Shown piece by piece: positions 54,649-64,000 of a stretch of 64,000 bases of DNA (its first letter is position 1; each line of letters opens with the position of its first letter). The stretch is from an uncultured Eubacteriales bacterium (GTDB lineage Bacteria; Bacillota; Clostridia; Christensenellales; CAG-917), in the NCBI GenBank assembly GCA_900322215.1, contig ONYW01000001.1:30-64029 (forward strand). The letters run 5' to 3'. The translations under genes and the position numbers were made by a program. The notes under the pieces were generated by a model that was given only the letters and a program-made list of their open reading frames with translations, did not search any database and was not told the origin of the DNA.

Positions 54649-55293
54649 TTAGCAACAGCGGATGAGATCTCCGCCCATGCACTCACAGCAACAATCCGCG
54701 CAAATGAGCGCTTGGCAAGCCGCGCAACAGCCGTCCGCCGCGTCGGCGTCACGCCTTTGTTGATAACTTCTTCCTTGGCTTGTGGACTGGTGATACACGT
54801 CGCTCGCCCCGTCCTGTTTTTCGTAAGGACGAGAACCGTCGATTTTCTTTTTGAGGTTTTCGAGCGCGCGAGAATATTTCTCGTTGCCCTCGTCCATAGA
54901 GAGTGCGATTTCGAGTTGTTTTTTGCTGTCGGAAAGCCAATTCTTCTCATAGAAGACGACCGACTGGTAGTAGTGCCACTCGGCGGACCTGTTGGAGATA
55001 TTGTCAAGCGCTTTTTGAGCCTCTTCGGGGTTCTTGTTTCTTATCGCCTGCTTTACCGCCTCGAACGTAGACTCGCCCTCGCCCGACACGGTCGCCCTGT
55101 CCATAGCGATTTCCATCGCCTGTTGATAGGCGTCGTCGAGTTCCGTAATTTTCCTTGCGGCGTTATCCCCCGCTTCGCCCGCGTCAAAGAGATGCTCTTG
55201 AAGTTCGGCGCGTTTTTTCTTGTATGCGTCAAGGATTTCGCTTTGCGTCGCGTTTTCCGACACGCCGATGATTACAAACGGGTTATTTGGCAT
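54649..55293 (-). CDS. J-domain-like protein lacking HPD, with Cys-rich C-terminus
   Basis: 214 aa. NPFVIIGVSENATQSEILDAYKKKRAEL resembles J-domain helices I-II, but the HPD position reads EHLFD. TPR-like middle. C-terminal CCAACQALICADCCCECMGGDLIRCC. Confidence 0.5.
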   Translation of the reverse strand: MPNNPFVIIGVSENATQSEILDAYKKKRAELQEHLFDAGEAGDNAARKITELDDAYQQAMEIAMDRATVSGEGESTFEAVKQAIRNKNPEEAQKALDNISNRSAEWHYYQSVVFYEKNWLSDSKKQLEIALSMDEGNEKYSRALENLKKKIDGSRPYEKQDGASDVYHQSTSQGRSYQQRRDADAADGCCAACQALICADCCCECMGGDLIRCC

Positions 55294-56342
55294 TTTTCGT
55301 CTCCTTTAAGAAGTCTTCCGATCTGCATCTCTATTCCGAGATACACAGTGTTTGAGAGCACGCCTTCATACATATTCACGTTCATTCTGTTGTATGCTCC
55401 CACCATTTTGTTATATGTAGATTTCAGCAAAAACGACAGTTCATCCGCGTTTTTGACAAGATAATCTGCCTTTTTTGCACATTCGCCGTAGTTTAGCAAC
55501 AAGACGTTATACGTGCCTTTCTTGCTGTCTTTCTCCACGTCGTCAACGGCGTCGGCAAGATATACGAGTCTGCCGAGGTTATAGCAAAAGTCGTCTATAT
55601 CTCTCTTTTCATCCTCTGTAAGGGACTTCGTCTCCTCTTCGCAGTCTTCGACTGTTTGTTTTGCTTTAGTAGATTCAACAATTTGTTCGTTGCTTTCAGC
55701 AAATTTTGAAAGTTTGCTTTCCTCGTCTTCGCAGCCTTCGGCTGTTTGTTTTGCTTTGGTAGGCTCTACAAGTTGCTCGTTACTTTCGGTATATTTTGTG
55801 AGTTTGCTTTCTTCATCCTCACGAATAAGCTCTCTTGTTATATCTCGCATGAGGCTTGCAAAGGTGTCGGCAACTCTGTCGATAGAGTCGCACTTCTCCT
55901 TTTCAAGGCGTGCGAGAAGCCCGAAACGTTCTCTCATGAGCGCGTCGATTTTTGGCATATTCTTTGCCGCCTTGCGCTTTCGAAGATACAGCCTCCATGC
56001 AAGCGGAGCCCTGAGTTCCTTCCCGTCGGCAACGTCGTCCTTTATGTTGTAATAGACAAGGAGGACTGCAAGATCCGCCATTTTTTTTGACAATTCGTCA
56101 GGCTCGACAATCACCTTTTTCCTGCCGTTGTACACGCAAAGTTTTCGCTCGAATTTGACGGGCGTCTTTGTGATTTCGTGCATGAGCACGCTATAAAAAG
56201 TCACGTCATAGTTTGTGCAAAATCTCGTCACCTCACTGCCCGTCTCGTGCAGTGCCTTGCAAAGACCGCAATAAAACGCTTGAAAGACGTTGAAGTCCTT
56301 TATCAGCATATTGTCTTTGTCGGGTATGACGTAGCCAAACAT
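55272..56342 (-). CDS. DUF5685-family protein with internal 30-aa tandem duplication
   Basis: MFGYVIPDKDNMLIKDFNVFQAFYCGLCKAL N-terminus is typical of DUF5685 as I recall it. The repeat is EDEESKL(T/S)K(Y/F)(T/A)ESNEQ(L/I)VE(P/S)TKAKQT(A/V)E(G/D)C, in two copies. Confidence 0.6.
   Translation of the reverse strand: MFGYVIPDKDNMLIKDFNVFQAFYCGLCKALHETGSEVTRFCTNYDVTFYSVLMHEITKTPVKFERKLCVYNGRKKVIVEPDELSKKMADLAVLLVYYNIKDDVADGKELRAPLAWRLYLRKRKAAKNMPKIDALMRERFGLLARLEKEKCDSIDRVADTFASLMRDITRELIREDEESKLTKYTESNEQLVEPTKAKQTAEGCEDEESKLSKFAESNEQIVESTKAKQTVEDCEEETKSLTEDEKRDIDDFCYNLGRLVYLADAVDDVEKDSKKGTYNVLLLNYGECAKKADYLVKNADELSFLLKSTYNKMVGAYNRMNVNMYEGVLSNTVYLGIEMQIGRLLKGDEKCQITRL
55636..55815 (-). repeat. 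Two-copy 90-nt in-frame tandem repeat inside the DUF5685 gene
   Basis: The tcttcgcag(t/c)cttcg(a/g)ctgtttgttttgcttt... unit recurs with period 90 nt at roughly 80 percent identity by eye. Confidence 0.75.
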
Positions 56343-56374
56343 AATAACTATTCCCTATTCTTCGCTTTTAATCC

Positions 56375-57400
56375 TTATGGAAGTTGCACAAATCCGACCT
56401 TGCGATAGACTTTTGAAAGAGTCCTCTTTGCGATACGCGACGCCTTTTCCGCGCCGTTTCTCATGACCTCTTCAAGGTATTTCTTGTCCGTGACGAGTTC
56501 GTGATGTCTCGCCTGTATCGGACGGAGATATTCCACGACCGCCTCGCCGACTTTCGTCTTGAAATCGGCATAGGAAGAACCTGCAAATTCTCTCTCCACC
56601 GCGTCGACGGGAGTACCTGTGAACACGGAGTATATCGTGATAAGGTTTGAAATGCCCGGTTTTGACTCGTCGTATCTTATATCCGTATCACAGTCCGTCA
56701 CGGCACGCTTAAACTTGCGCATGATCGTGTCGGGATCGTCAAGCAAAAACACGACGCCGTTCGTATTGTCGTCCGTCTTGCCCATCTTTGCGGTCGGGTC
56801 GAGGAGGTTGTATATCTTTGCACCCTGCTTCGGATATATACCGTCCGGGATGACGAACGTCGGAGAATATTTTGTGTTGAAGCGCTGCGCGATGTCGCGA
56901 GCGAGTTCTAAGTGTTGTTTTTGGTCCTTGCCGATAGGCACGAGGTCTGTTTGGTAAAGCAATATATCCGCCGCCATAAGCGTCGGGTATGCAAACAGTC
57001 CGACGTTGACGTTTTCGGGGGCTTTTGCACTCTTTTCCTTAAACTGAGTCATACGGCTCGCCTCGCCGAATTGCGTGTAGCAGTTGAGCACCCACGCGAG
57101 TTCCGCGTGCTCGGGCACTTGCGACTGAACGGCAAGAATTGACTTTTCGGGGTCCAGCCCGATTGCAAGGAACAGCGCCATAAAGTCGTACGTCCTGCGG
57201 CGAAGGTCGGCGGGAACGTTGTCGACGGTTATGCTGTGCATATCCGCGACCATATAGACGCAGTTGTAGTCATCCTGCATTCTCACCATATTTTTGAGCG
57301 CGCCGATATAGTTGCCAAGTTGCAAATCGCCTGTCGGCTTCAATGCACTATATACGATCTTTTTTGCTTGATCTTGCGTTTTATCATTAAGATCTGCCAT
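56375..57400 (-). CDS. trpS: Tryptophan--tRNA ligase
   Basis: 341 aa. PTGDLQLGNYIG (HIGH-type) and KMGKT (KMSKS-type) motifs. Confidence 0.9.
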   Translation of the reverse strand: MADLNDKTQDQAKKIVYSALKPTGDLQLGNYIGALKNMVRMQDDYNCVYMVADMHSITVDNVPADLRRRTYDFMALFLAIGLDPEKSILAVQSQVPEHAELAWVLNCYTQFGEASRMTQFKEKSAKAPENVNVGLFAYPTLMAADILLYQTDLVPIGKDQKQHLELARDIAQRFNTKYSPTFVIPDGIYPKQGAKIYNLLDPTAKMGKTDDNTNGVVFLLDDPDTIMRKFKRAVTDCDTDIRYDESKPGISNLITIYSVFTGTPVDAVEREFAGSSYADFKTKVGEAVVEYLRPIQARHHELVTDKKYLEEVMRNGAEKASRIAKRTLSKVYRKVGFVQLP

Positions 57401-57453
57401 AATAAACTCCGTTTTGTGTCAATAAATCTATATCAACAAATTTTTTTCTATTC

Positions 57454-58215
57454 TTATTCCTGCTCGATTGCAAAGAGCGTCGCAAGTTTTTTCTTTGCGT
57501 CATCTTCGTCTTTTGCCCTTTCTCCAAGACAAGCGAGCACCTCTCGAGGGTTGTCCATAGGGCTGTCCGTCGCGACTATAACAGACAGGCTGTCCGAGTC
57601 TTCTCCCTCCGCCGCTTCAAACGCTACCGCCGCGCTCCCGGAAGAGAGTCCGAACACGTAGTCGTCAAAGTCGCTGAAATTCTTTATCGTCTCTTCTATC
57701 TCGTCTCCGACTGTCAAGACGCTTATCTCCCCTCGCGTAGGGAAAAGGTCTTTGAGATCGTCACAAGTGCGCTCGCACTCGCGCCTCTCCTTTTTGTCGG
57801 TGGCGACGAAGATTTCAAGCGGTATGCCAAGCGTCTCCGCATACACCGCTCCAAACAAAAGCGCCCTTTCGTACGGCAGGAAGAGGCATAGTTTCTTTTC
57901 GGTTTCGAGGTCGAAATAGGCGGACGCGAGTCCTGCGGCAAACGCTACCGCCTGCATTTCCTTTCTATCCTTTCTCCCTCGGTCGAGTTCTAAGACAAAA
58001 ACGTCTTCTTCAAGTTCTACAAGCGCATTGTCTCCCGTCTCGCACTTTTCCGCTCCGAGGAGTTTTAAGATATAATTTTCTCGCTCTTCGCTCGGCATTA
58101 CGAGGAGTTTTGCTCGCTCCTCACAACCTATACGGCTGAAAGACGACGGAACAAAAAGTCCGCCGCCCTCATCAAAATCTCTTTTGTCCGCTGTGTATAC
58201 TGCGGGTTGTTTCAT
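57454..58215 (-). CDS. Short threonine-synthase-like protein lacking recognisable catalytic motifs (possible pseudoenzyme)
   Basis: 253 aa. The N-terminal GGGLFVPSSF...ILKLLG resembles the long-form ThrC N-terminus (QGLFFP...ILSAF). The PLP-lysine (FKD) and SGDTG positions are not conserved. Confidence 0.35.
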   Translation of the reverse strand: MKQPAVYTADKRDFDEGGGLFVPSSFSRIGCEERAKLLVMPSEERENYILKLLGAEKCETGDNALVELEEDVFVLELDRGRKDRKEMQAVAFAAGLASAYFDLETEKKLCLFLPYERALLFGAVYAETLGIPLEIFVATDKKERRECERTCDDLKDLFPTRGEISVLTVGDEIEETIKNFSDFDDYVFGLSSGSAAVAFEAAEGEDSDSLSVIVATDSPMDNPREVLACLGERAKDEDDAKKKLATLFAIEQE

Positions 58216-58221
58216 ACGCCC

Positions 58222-58653
58222 TTAGCCTTGTTGCTTGTACTTCTTCAAAAACTCAGGGAATTGATCTTCGTTTTCGCTGACCGTCAGCACAAACTTAGTC
58301 TCCGTATCTTTGCCGATAGCATAGATGTCCGTGAAAAAATCTTCCATCTCGTTTACGGTCTTGCCGAGCATTCTGTGTGCGCCGTCGATGTAGAGCGTCT
58401 CTATGTCGTGGTTGCCCGCAAGTATGCCTTTGATAAAACTTGTGAGTGCCTCTTCCGAAATCGGAGCGTCGCCATGTTTCAAAAAGTTGTCCGTGTTGAT
58501 AACTCTGACTTGATAGCGGAGAGAATACATATATCTATCCGTGTCCGTCAAAAAGACGATATCGCCCTTTGCGGTTTCGACGTTGTCATTTGCCATATCG
58601 ATGATGATTTTGGTCTTTCCTGTTCCTTTTGCACCTGTGATAAGTTTAATCAT
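58222..58653 (-). CDS. Small P-loop NTPase (unknown function)
   Basis: 143 aa from the AUG at 58653, which has a GGAGG RBS. Walker A GAKGTGKT and Walker B-like TLYIDGA. Confidence 0.6.
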   Translation of the reverse strand: MIKLITGAKGTGKTKIIIDMANDNVETAKGDIVFLTDTDRYMYSLRYQVRVINTDNFLKHGDAPISEEALTSFIKGILAGNHDIETLYIDGAHRMLGKTVNEMEDFFTDIYAIGKDTETKFVLTVSENEDQFPEFLKKYKQQG

Positions 58654-58680
58654 AAGCACCTCCAGATTTGTTCTATATAT

Positions 58681-58709
58681 ATTGTACTATTAATCTAAGA
58701 ATATTTCAA
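58681..58709 (-). promoter_or_regulatory. Sigma-70/SigA-type promoter for the P-loop / ThrC-like / trpS operon
   Basis: Minus strand reads TTGAAA - 17 nt - TACAAT, about 25 nt upstream of the RBS. Confidence 0.6.
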
Positions 58710-58831
58710 GTCTGAATTTAGGTCTTTGGCGGATTTTTAAGGCTTGCCTTTTATTAAAATCTTTTTCTTCTTCCTAAACCTTTTATCTGCTTGTTATTTT
58801 GCGACATTCTCTAATAGAAGGTCGAAGACCG

Positions 58832-59920
58832 TCAGTCTTCCACGTTTTCAAGGAGTTTGTTCTGAACGGCGATTTGAAGCGCGGATATCATCTCGTCCAT
58901 ATCGCCAAGCATAAACTTGTCGAGGCTGTAAAGCGTGAGCCCTATGCGGTGATCGGTGACTCTGCCCTGCGGGAAGTTGTAGGTTCTTATGCGTTCGCTA
59001 CGGTCGCCCGTGCCCACCTGCATCTTGCGGTTTTCGGCGTATTCCTTTTCCGCCTGCGACTGGTAGTAGTCATACACGCGGGATTTGAGCACTTTCATCG
59101 CCTTTTCTCTGTTCTTGATTTGGCTGCGCTCGTCCTGACACTCGACGACGATGCCCGTCGGCAAGTGAGTCATACGTATCGCGCTCTCCGTCTTGTTGAC
59201 GTGCTGTCCGCCTGCTCCGCCCGAGCGGTAGGTGTCCACCTTGATGTCGTTTTCATTGAGTACGACTTCCACGTCTTCCGCCTCGGGAAGCACCGCAACC
59301 GTCACGGTGGAGGTGTGAACTCTCCCCTGCGACTCGGTCTCCGGCACGCGCTGAACCCTATGCACACCGCTCTCGAATTTGAGTTTGCCGTACACGCCGC
59401 TGCCCGTTATCATAAACACGAGTTCTTTCGCTCCGCCGAGTTCCGTATAGTTCATATTGACTTCTTCCACTTTCCAGTGGTTGAGATCGGCATAATGGCG
59501 GTACATCTTCATGAGTTCCGTGCCAAAGAGCGCGGCTTCGTCTCCGCCTGCGCCAGCTCGGATTTCCATAATGACGTTGTTGTTTTCGTTCGGATCTTTC
59601 GGGAGCATGGCGATCTTTATGTCCTGCCCGTCCTGCTCGATAGCCTCTCGCAGTTCGTCGAGTTCTTGCTTGAACATAGCCTTCATATCGGGGTTGGTCT
59701 CAAGCGATATCATCTCTTCGCAGTCGTCAAACTCCTGTTTATGCTTTTTGTATCTCTCAAAGATTTCGACGATAGGAGAGAGGTCGGAATGCTCTTTTGA
59801 GAGTTCCTTAAACTGCTTTTGGTTGGAAATAACGGCAGGATCCGAGAGCATCTCTCCGACGTCCTCGTACCTCGTCTTGATTTTTTCAAGTTTTTGAATC
59901 ATACCTTCCGTTACTTTCAT
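58832..59920 (-). CDS. prfA: Peptide chain release factor 1
   Basis: 362 aa. [17 protein letters not shown] motif and a PxT-type region. Confidence 0.95.
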   Translation of the reverse strand: MKVTEGMIQKLEKIKTRYEDVGEMLSDPAVISNQKQFKELSKEHSDLSPIVEIFERYKKHKQEFDDCEEMISLETNPDMKAMFKQELDELREAIEQDGQDIKIAMLPKDPNENNNVIMEIRAGAGGDEAALFGTELMKMYRHYADLNHWKVEEVNMNYTELGGAKELVFMITGSGVYGKLKFESGVHRVQRVPETESQGRVHTSTVTVAVLPEAEDVEVVLNENDIKVDTYRSGGAGGQHVNKTESAIRMTHLPTGIVVECQDERSQIKNREKAMKVLKSRVYDYYQSQAEKEYAENRKMQVGTGDRSERIRTYNFPQGRVTDHRIGLTLYSLDKFMLGDMDEMISALQIAVQNKLLENVED

Positions 59921-61806
59921 ACTCTCACCACCGCAATTCTGTCTTTTCCCTCAATATCTTTCAAAATTTCGACTTTGTACGCCTTGAACAGTTCTCTTAT
60001 GTCCTCCGCTTGATTTATGCCGAATTCGCAAAGGAACACACCGCCTTCGCTCAAATGGCTTTCAAGATTCTGGGCTATAATGCGGTAGAATTTAAGCCCG
60101 TCTTTGTCGCCGTCGAGCGCAAGTCTCGGCTCGAAGTATTTCACCCTATCGTCAAGCGCGTCTATGTCCTTTGTCGGAATATACGGCGGATTTGACACGA
60201 TGACGTCAAACTTCCCGTCTATCTTTTCAAACATATCCGACTGCACAAAGTCGACCTTTACGCCCGCGTTCAATGCGTTTGCGCGCGCCACGTCAAGTGC
60301 CGCTCCGCTCACGTCGCTTGCCGTGAGTTTCGCTCCCGTTTTGAGCGCGAGAACGGTCGCTATCGCACCGCTACCCGTGCAAAGATCGAGCACCGCGACT
60401 TTTTCATCGCTATCCCTCTTGGCTTTTTGTGCCTCGATTTGAGTTATTGCCTTTTCCACGAGTTCCTCCGTCTCGGGACGAGGAATGAGGACGTTTTGGT
60501 TGACGGAGATTTTCACGCCGTAAAAGTCGGTGTTGCCGACCGCATATTGAAACGGCAGTCCCGTCGCCATCTTCTTTGCTATTGTTTCGCCTGCGTCGTA
60601 CTGCTCTTTCGTGAGAGTTTTAAGTCCCGGCACTTCGCTGCGCTTGCAACCGGTAATCTCCACAAACAGCCAGTCGATATCGCTCTCGTCCGCCTTTGGC
60701 GCAAACGTTTCAAAACGTTTTCTTGCAACGCCGTACGGCACGTTTATGCTGAACCTGCGCTCGGGAACGTTGTCGTTTTGCTCCATTTCAAGCACGGTCT
60801 TGAATGCGACGATAGCAACTTCGAGCATATCGTCTTCAGGCTCGCGCGTAGTGAGTTTTTGGAGCATCATTCCAGGGAATCTGAGTATTCGCACAAAGAG
60901 ACAGTCGCTCTTTGCAAGGAGTTTAAGGAGTTCATACGACACACCCGCGACCACAGGCAAGAAGAGCAGTTTGAAGCCGAGGCGAATGAATACGTTTGCG
61001 ACTTTGTATGCGCTCGTCATATCTTCAGTCACAAGAAGTCCGCACTTTTCAAGCATAAAATTGATAAGCACGAATACCATAATGCTGACGGTTATCGTGA
61101 AGAAGAGGAAGGTCGTTCCGCAACGGGAGTGTTCTCTTCTCATCTTCTTTGCGTTTTCGACGGTGAGGTCAAGTCCGTGCTCGAAGCAAGCGATGGTCTT
61201 GTGCTCCGCGCCGTGATACATAAAGACTCTCCTTATATCCTTCATTATCGACACGCCGAGAATATAGGATATAAAGATGACGATCATAATACCGCCCTCG
61301 ATGAGGCTGTACCAAAGACTGCGAAGGTCGCTTGTATCTATCGCAGGTATATTGTCGCAAATAAGCCCTGCCAAGAAGTTCGGCAAAAAGATGAAGAGTC
61401 CGACGGCAAGCGCGATGCCCAAAACGACGGAGAACGTCATGATGATGCTCATCGGGTTGATTTTGAACTTGTCGGACATCCATTTTTCGAACTTGGACGG
61501 CTCGGCAAAATCGCCGTAGACCTCAGCCGACCTCATCATAATGCCCGTCCCCTGGAAGAGTTGAGAGACGAGGTTGACGACACCGCGAATAAACGGAAGA
61601 CGCAAGAACCAATTTCTTTCCTTGACAGGCTTTGTGTACTTGCTCTCTACCGTAATTTCACCGCTTGCGGAGCGCACAGCCGTCGCGATCGAGCGAGAGC
61701 CTTTCATCATAACGCCCTCGATAACCGCCTGACCGCCTATGGACGTCCTGCAAGTAGCTTTGGATTTATCTTTCGGAATTTTCGTTTTCTTTTCTTTCTT
61801 TGCCAT
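59917..61806 (-). CDS. prmC: DUF1385 membrane domain fused to release-factor glutamine methyltransferase PrmC
   Basis: About 629 aa from the AUG at 61806. The N-terminal ~350 aa are DUF1385-like ([11 protein letters not shown]..., YHGAEHK, 4-5 TM). The C-terminal part is HemK/PrmC ([15 protein letters not shown]). Confidence 0.75.
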   Translation of the reverse strand: MAKKEKKTKIPKDKSKATCRTSIGGQAVIEGVMMKGSRSIATAVRSASGEITVESKYTKPVKERNWFLRLPFIRGVVNLVSQLFQGTGIMMRSAEVYGDFAEPSKFEKWMSDKFKINPMSIIMTFSVVLGIALAVGLFIFLPNFLAGLICDNIPAIDTSDLRSLWYSLIEGGIMIVIFISYILGVSIMKDIRRVFMYHGAEHKTIACFEHGLDLTVENAKKMRREHSRCGTTFLFFTITVSIMVFVLINFMLEKCGLLVTEDMTSAYKVANVFIRLGFKLLFLPVVAGVSYELLKLLAKSDCLFVRILRFPGMMLQKLTTREPEDDMLEVAIVAFKTVLEMEQNDNVPERRFSINVPYGVARKRFETFAPKADESDIDWLFVEITGCKRSEVPGLKTLTKEQYDAGETIAKKMATGLPFQYAVGNTDFYGVKISVNQNVLIPRPETEELVEKAITQIEAQKAKRDSDEKVAVLDLCTGSGAIATVLALKTGAKLTASDVSGAALDVARANALNAGVKVDFVQSDMFEKIDGKFDVIVSNPPYIPTKDIDALDDRVKYFEPRLALDGDKDGLKFYRIIAQNLESHLSEGGVFLCEFGINQAEDIRELFKAYKVEILKDIEGKDRIAVVRV

Positions 61807-61959
61807 AGTTTCCTTAACGCATATATGTTCGCGCATATACCTGTGTGATATATCATTATATAAGAAAAGTTTAGTTTAGTAAAGTTAAAATAATATTAAA
61901 ATTGCAACAAACGAAATATTTGTTAAACCAAATTAAATTTGCAATTGCCGAAAGATTGC

Positions 61960-61988
61960 TTGACAACAAAATTTATGTTCTATATAAT
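61960..61988 (+). promoter_or_regulatory. Consensus SigA-type promoter of rpmE
   Basis: TTGACA (61960-61965) - 17 nt - TATAAT (61983-61988). The leader contains an ACACUUUGUGU hairpin. Confidence 0.75.
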
Positions 61989-62058
61989 GAATACACTTTG
62001 TGTCATATACGCATAATGTGGTGCGTGTGGGGGCAAAAATCAAGTTAGGAGAAACAAA

Positions 62059-62265
62059 ATGAAAGAAGGTATCCATCCAGAGTACCATGACGTTACAGTC
62101 ATCTGCGCATGTGGAAACACTTTCCAAACCGGCACGACGAAGAACGTGAAGGAACTTAGAGTCGAAATTTGCTCCAAGTGCCATCCATACTTCACCGGCA
62201 AGCAAAAACTTGTCGACACCGGCGGACGCGTGGACAAATTCAAAAAGAGATATGGTCTCAACTAA
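62059..62265 (+). CDS. rpmE: 50S ribosomal protein L31 (Zn-ribbon type)
   Basis: 68 aa. MKEGIHPEY...CACG...[13 protein letters not shown]. Confidence 0.95.
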   Translation: MKEGIHPEYHDVTVICACGNTFQTGTTKNVKELRVEICSKCHPYFTGKQKLVDTGGRVDKFKKRYGLN

Positions 62266-62275
62266 CAAAAAAATT

Positions 62276-62305
62276 GCGGACGATTTGCTCGTCCGCATTT
62301 TTTTT
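62276..62305. terminator. Bidirectional Rho-independent terminator (rpmE and the convergent ABC ATPase gene)
   Basis: GCGGACGA-uuugc-UCGUCCGC flanked by an A7 tract on the left and a U8 tract on the right. Confidence 0.85.
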
Positions 62306-62326
62306 GCTTTTTAATGGTATATCTTT

Positions 62327-63046
62327 TCAAAGAAGCGCTTTCAAGAGTTTTTCACGGACGAGCGCGAGGTCGCTGTCCGCAAGAGTTCTATTCTTTTTGT
62401 CGCTCTCTATCCTTCCCGACTCTACCGCTTCGACCGCACCGCTCTCCTCCTTTTTTCCAAGCACGAAATACTCGTCTGCTGAGAGCAAACATTCGTCTAT
62501 CGCGTGCGTCACAAACACGATAGTCCTCGGCGATTTTTCGTTGAGGTCTATAAGGGCTTTTAGCAGTCTTTGTTTGAGGGCGGTATCGAGTGCCTTGAAA
62601 GGTTCGTCAAGAAGCAAGACTTTGCTTTCGTACAGGTATGCTCTTGCCATAGCGACGCGCTGTGCCTGTCCTCCGCTTATCTCGGTCGGCAACTTGTTTT
62701 GTATGTCCTCGATTTCCAAGAGCGAGAGCATATTCTCTATCTTTTCTCTCCTCTCCTTTTTGTCCTTAATTTGCGAGCGTAATATCAAATCAAGGTTTTT
62801 ATACACCGAAATCGTAGGGATTAACCTGTCTTTTTGAAAAATATAACTTATTCCATCTCCGCCGAGGTCAACGTCGCCCGTATAGTCTTTCAGCCCTGCG
62901 ATGGCGTTTAAGAGCGTGGTTTTGCCGACACCGCTACCGCCTAAGACGACGGAGATTTTGTCCTCTTTAAACACGATGTCAAAGCCGTCAAAGATGACTT
63001 TGTCATCATATCTCACTCCAAGATTTTTCACCGTCAAATCACTCAT
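62327..63046 (-). CDS. ABC transporter ATP-binding protein (NitT/TauT-type)
   Basis: 239 aa from the AUG at 63046, which forms an AUGA overlap with the permease stop. Walker A GGSGVGKTT, signature ISGGQAQR, Walker B LLLDEP. The 480-aa ORF in the track is an artefactual extension. Confidence 0.85.
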   Translation of the reverse strand: MSDLTVKNLGVRYDDKVIFDGFDIVFKEDKISVVLGGSGVGKTTLLNAIAGLKDYTGDVDLGGDGISYIFQKDRLIPTISVYKNLDLILRSQIKDKKERREKIENMLSLLEIEDIQNKLPTEISGGQAQRVAMARAYLYESKVLLLDEPFKALDTALKQRLLKALIDLNEKSPRTIVFVTHAIDECLLSADEYFVLGKKEESGAVEAVESGRIESDKKNRTLADSDLALVREKLLKALL

Positions 63047-63828
63047 CTCGCCACCTCCCAAATCTTCTTTGCAAGCATGACTACCGCTTCCAAAACAAAA
63101 CTGAACACGATGGCGATTATCGTCCAAGCGAGCAAATATGCGATCTCGAACGACGCATAAGCCGTTTGAATTTTCCCGCCGAGACTTGCGGCTACGCTCG
63201 TCAAAATTTCCGCAGCCACAACGACTTTGAAAGTGAGCGACAAGGTCGACTTCGACGTGTCGAACAGCGCCCTCGCAATAGACGGCAAATAGACGAATCT
63301 TATTCGGTCGAGAGGAGAAACTTTGTAGAGTTTCGACATCTCGACGAGGTCTTTGTCCACCCCGGTTACAGCGCTGTAAAACGCAGAATACATGATAGGA
63401 AACGCTATCAAAAATCCTACGACGACAGCCATTGTGTTGTTGTTCAAAAAGGCGTACATTATGAGTATGACGGCGACTGTCGGCGCGGCTCTCAATATCG
63501 TCACTATCGGTGACAGAACTCGGTGAAAAGGCTTGAACACTCCACCTATCGAGGCGAACAGGAGCGCAAACGCAAACGACGTCACAAAGGCTATGAGCGT
63601 GCGGAGCAAACTTGACGCCACCGCGCGCCAAAAGCCTTCTTCTCCGCCCAAGCGGAAAAACCTGACTATCACGACGTCGGGCATAGGAAGCACAAGCGCG
63701 TTGTCCTTGACTTTGGCGACTATCGCCCACACCGCAAGCACAACGCCGAGCGCGATAAGCGGATAGCAAACGTTCTCCGCCACCCGCTTCACGCTCTTTT
63801 TGTCAAATTGTATATTGAGATTCTTCAT
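63043..63828 (-). CDS. ABC transporter permease (binding-protein-dependent, NitT/TauT-type)
   Basis: 261 aa, 6 TM, with an EAA-like loop region. Confidence 0.8.
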   Translation of the reverse strand: MKNLNIQFDKKSVKRVAENVCYPLIALGVVLAVWAIVAKVKDNALVLPMPDVVIVRFFRLGGEEGFWRAVASSLLRTLIAFVTSFAFALLFASIGGVFKPFHRVLSPIVTILRAAPTVAVILIMYAFLNNNTMAVVVGFLIAFPIMYSAFYSAVTGVDKDLVEMSKLYKVSPLDRIRFVYLPSIARALFDTSKSTLSLTFKVVVAAEILTSVAASLGGKIQTAYASFEIAYLLAWTIIAIVFSFVLEAVVMLAKKIWEVAR

Positions 63829-63831
63829 CGA

Positions 63832-64000
63832 TTAACCGAATATTCTTGCCTTTGCGCCGTCCCAGTCGATGGCGTTTCCGCCCGCGTCCTTTGGCATGAC
63901 GTTTTTGAGGAACGCGATGATTTCCGCTTTCTTTGCGTCGTCTATACGCGTGCCGTCAACGGCGCAACGCGGTATAGCAGGCGCAGGGAACGCCGCGCTC
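63832..64000 (-). CDS. 3' end of a probable ABC substrate-binding protein gene (partial, runs off the window)
   Basis: Hand translation ends ...IDDAKKAEIIAFLKNVMPKDAGGNAIDWDGAKARIFG-stop. It sits directly upstream of the permease gene. Confidence 0.4.
   Translation of the reverse strand, partial: SAAFPAPAIPRCAVDGTRIDDAKKAEIIAFLKNVMPKDAGGNAIDWDGAKARIFG

Noticed and set aside
57401-57453. Expected T-box leader upstream of trpS.
   Set aside because: The gap is only 53 bp, is AT-rich, and has no T-box features. trpS appears to be transcribed from the promoter at 58681-58709.
62327-63769. 480-aa ORF in the track covering the ABC ATPase gene and most of the permease gene in another frame.
   Set aside because: Only the last 239 codons (from the AUG at 63046) show ABC motifs. 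The upstream part overlaps the permease gene, is R/C/S-rich, and has no motifs.

Overview
This 64-kb window looks like chromosome from a Firmicutes/Clostridia-type genome, judged from WhiA, DnaE, MurB, UvrC, PrfA-PrmC, TrpS, L31, YitT and a DUF1538/P-II cluster. It holds about 60 protein genes, and all but four are on the minus strand. Most are ordinary housekeeping or metabolic genes: two phosphofructokinases, ProC, carbonic anhydrase, asparaginase, threonine aldolase, an M42 peptidase, several GNAT acetyltransferases and an ABC transporter. Three things are not ordinary. (1) 768-10200 is a compact ten-gene phage-derived packaging/capsid cassette. It encodes TerL, a short TerS-like protein, portal, scaffold, an HK97-type capsid with a C-terminal Listeria-Bacteroides repeat, and possible podovirus-style adaptor, nozzle and coiled-coil genes. 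It has no integrase, regulator, replication, tail-fibre or lysis genes, so it is either a domesticated GTA-like particle locus or a stripped prophage remnant. (2) A family of ~106-120-nt structured intergenic elements occurs in five copies plus one decayed copy. The copies share conserved GAUGAG...GCAGGUCGC cores, a closing stem that varies in sequence but is always complementary, and compensatory changes in internal hairpins. They all have the same orientation and abut the stop codons of minus-strand genes (mnmM, pfp, dnaE, whiA). I cannot assign them to a known RNA class. (3) A ~460-bp GC-rich, hairpin-dense non-coding gap lies between pfkA and pfp. I recognised no rRNA, tRNA, CRISPR array, transposase or integrase. 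All protein calls come from reading the supplied translations for motifs; no database search was run.
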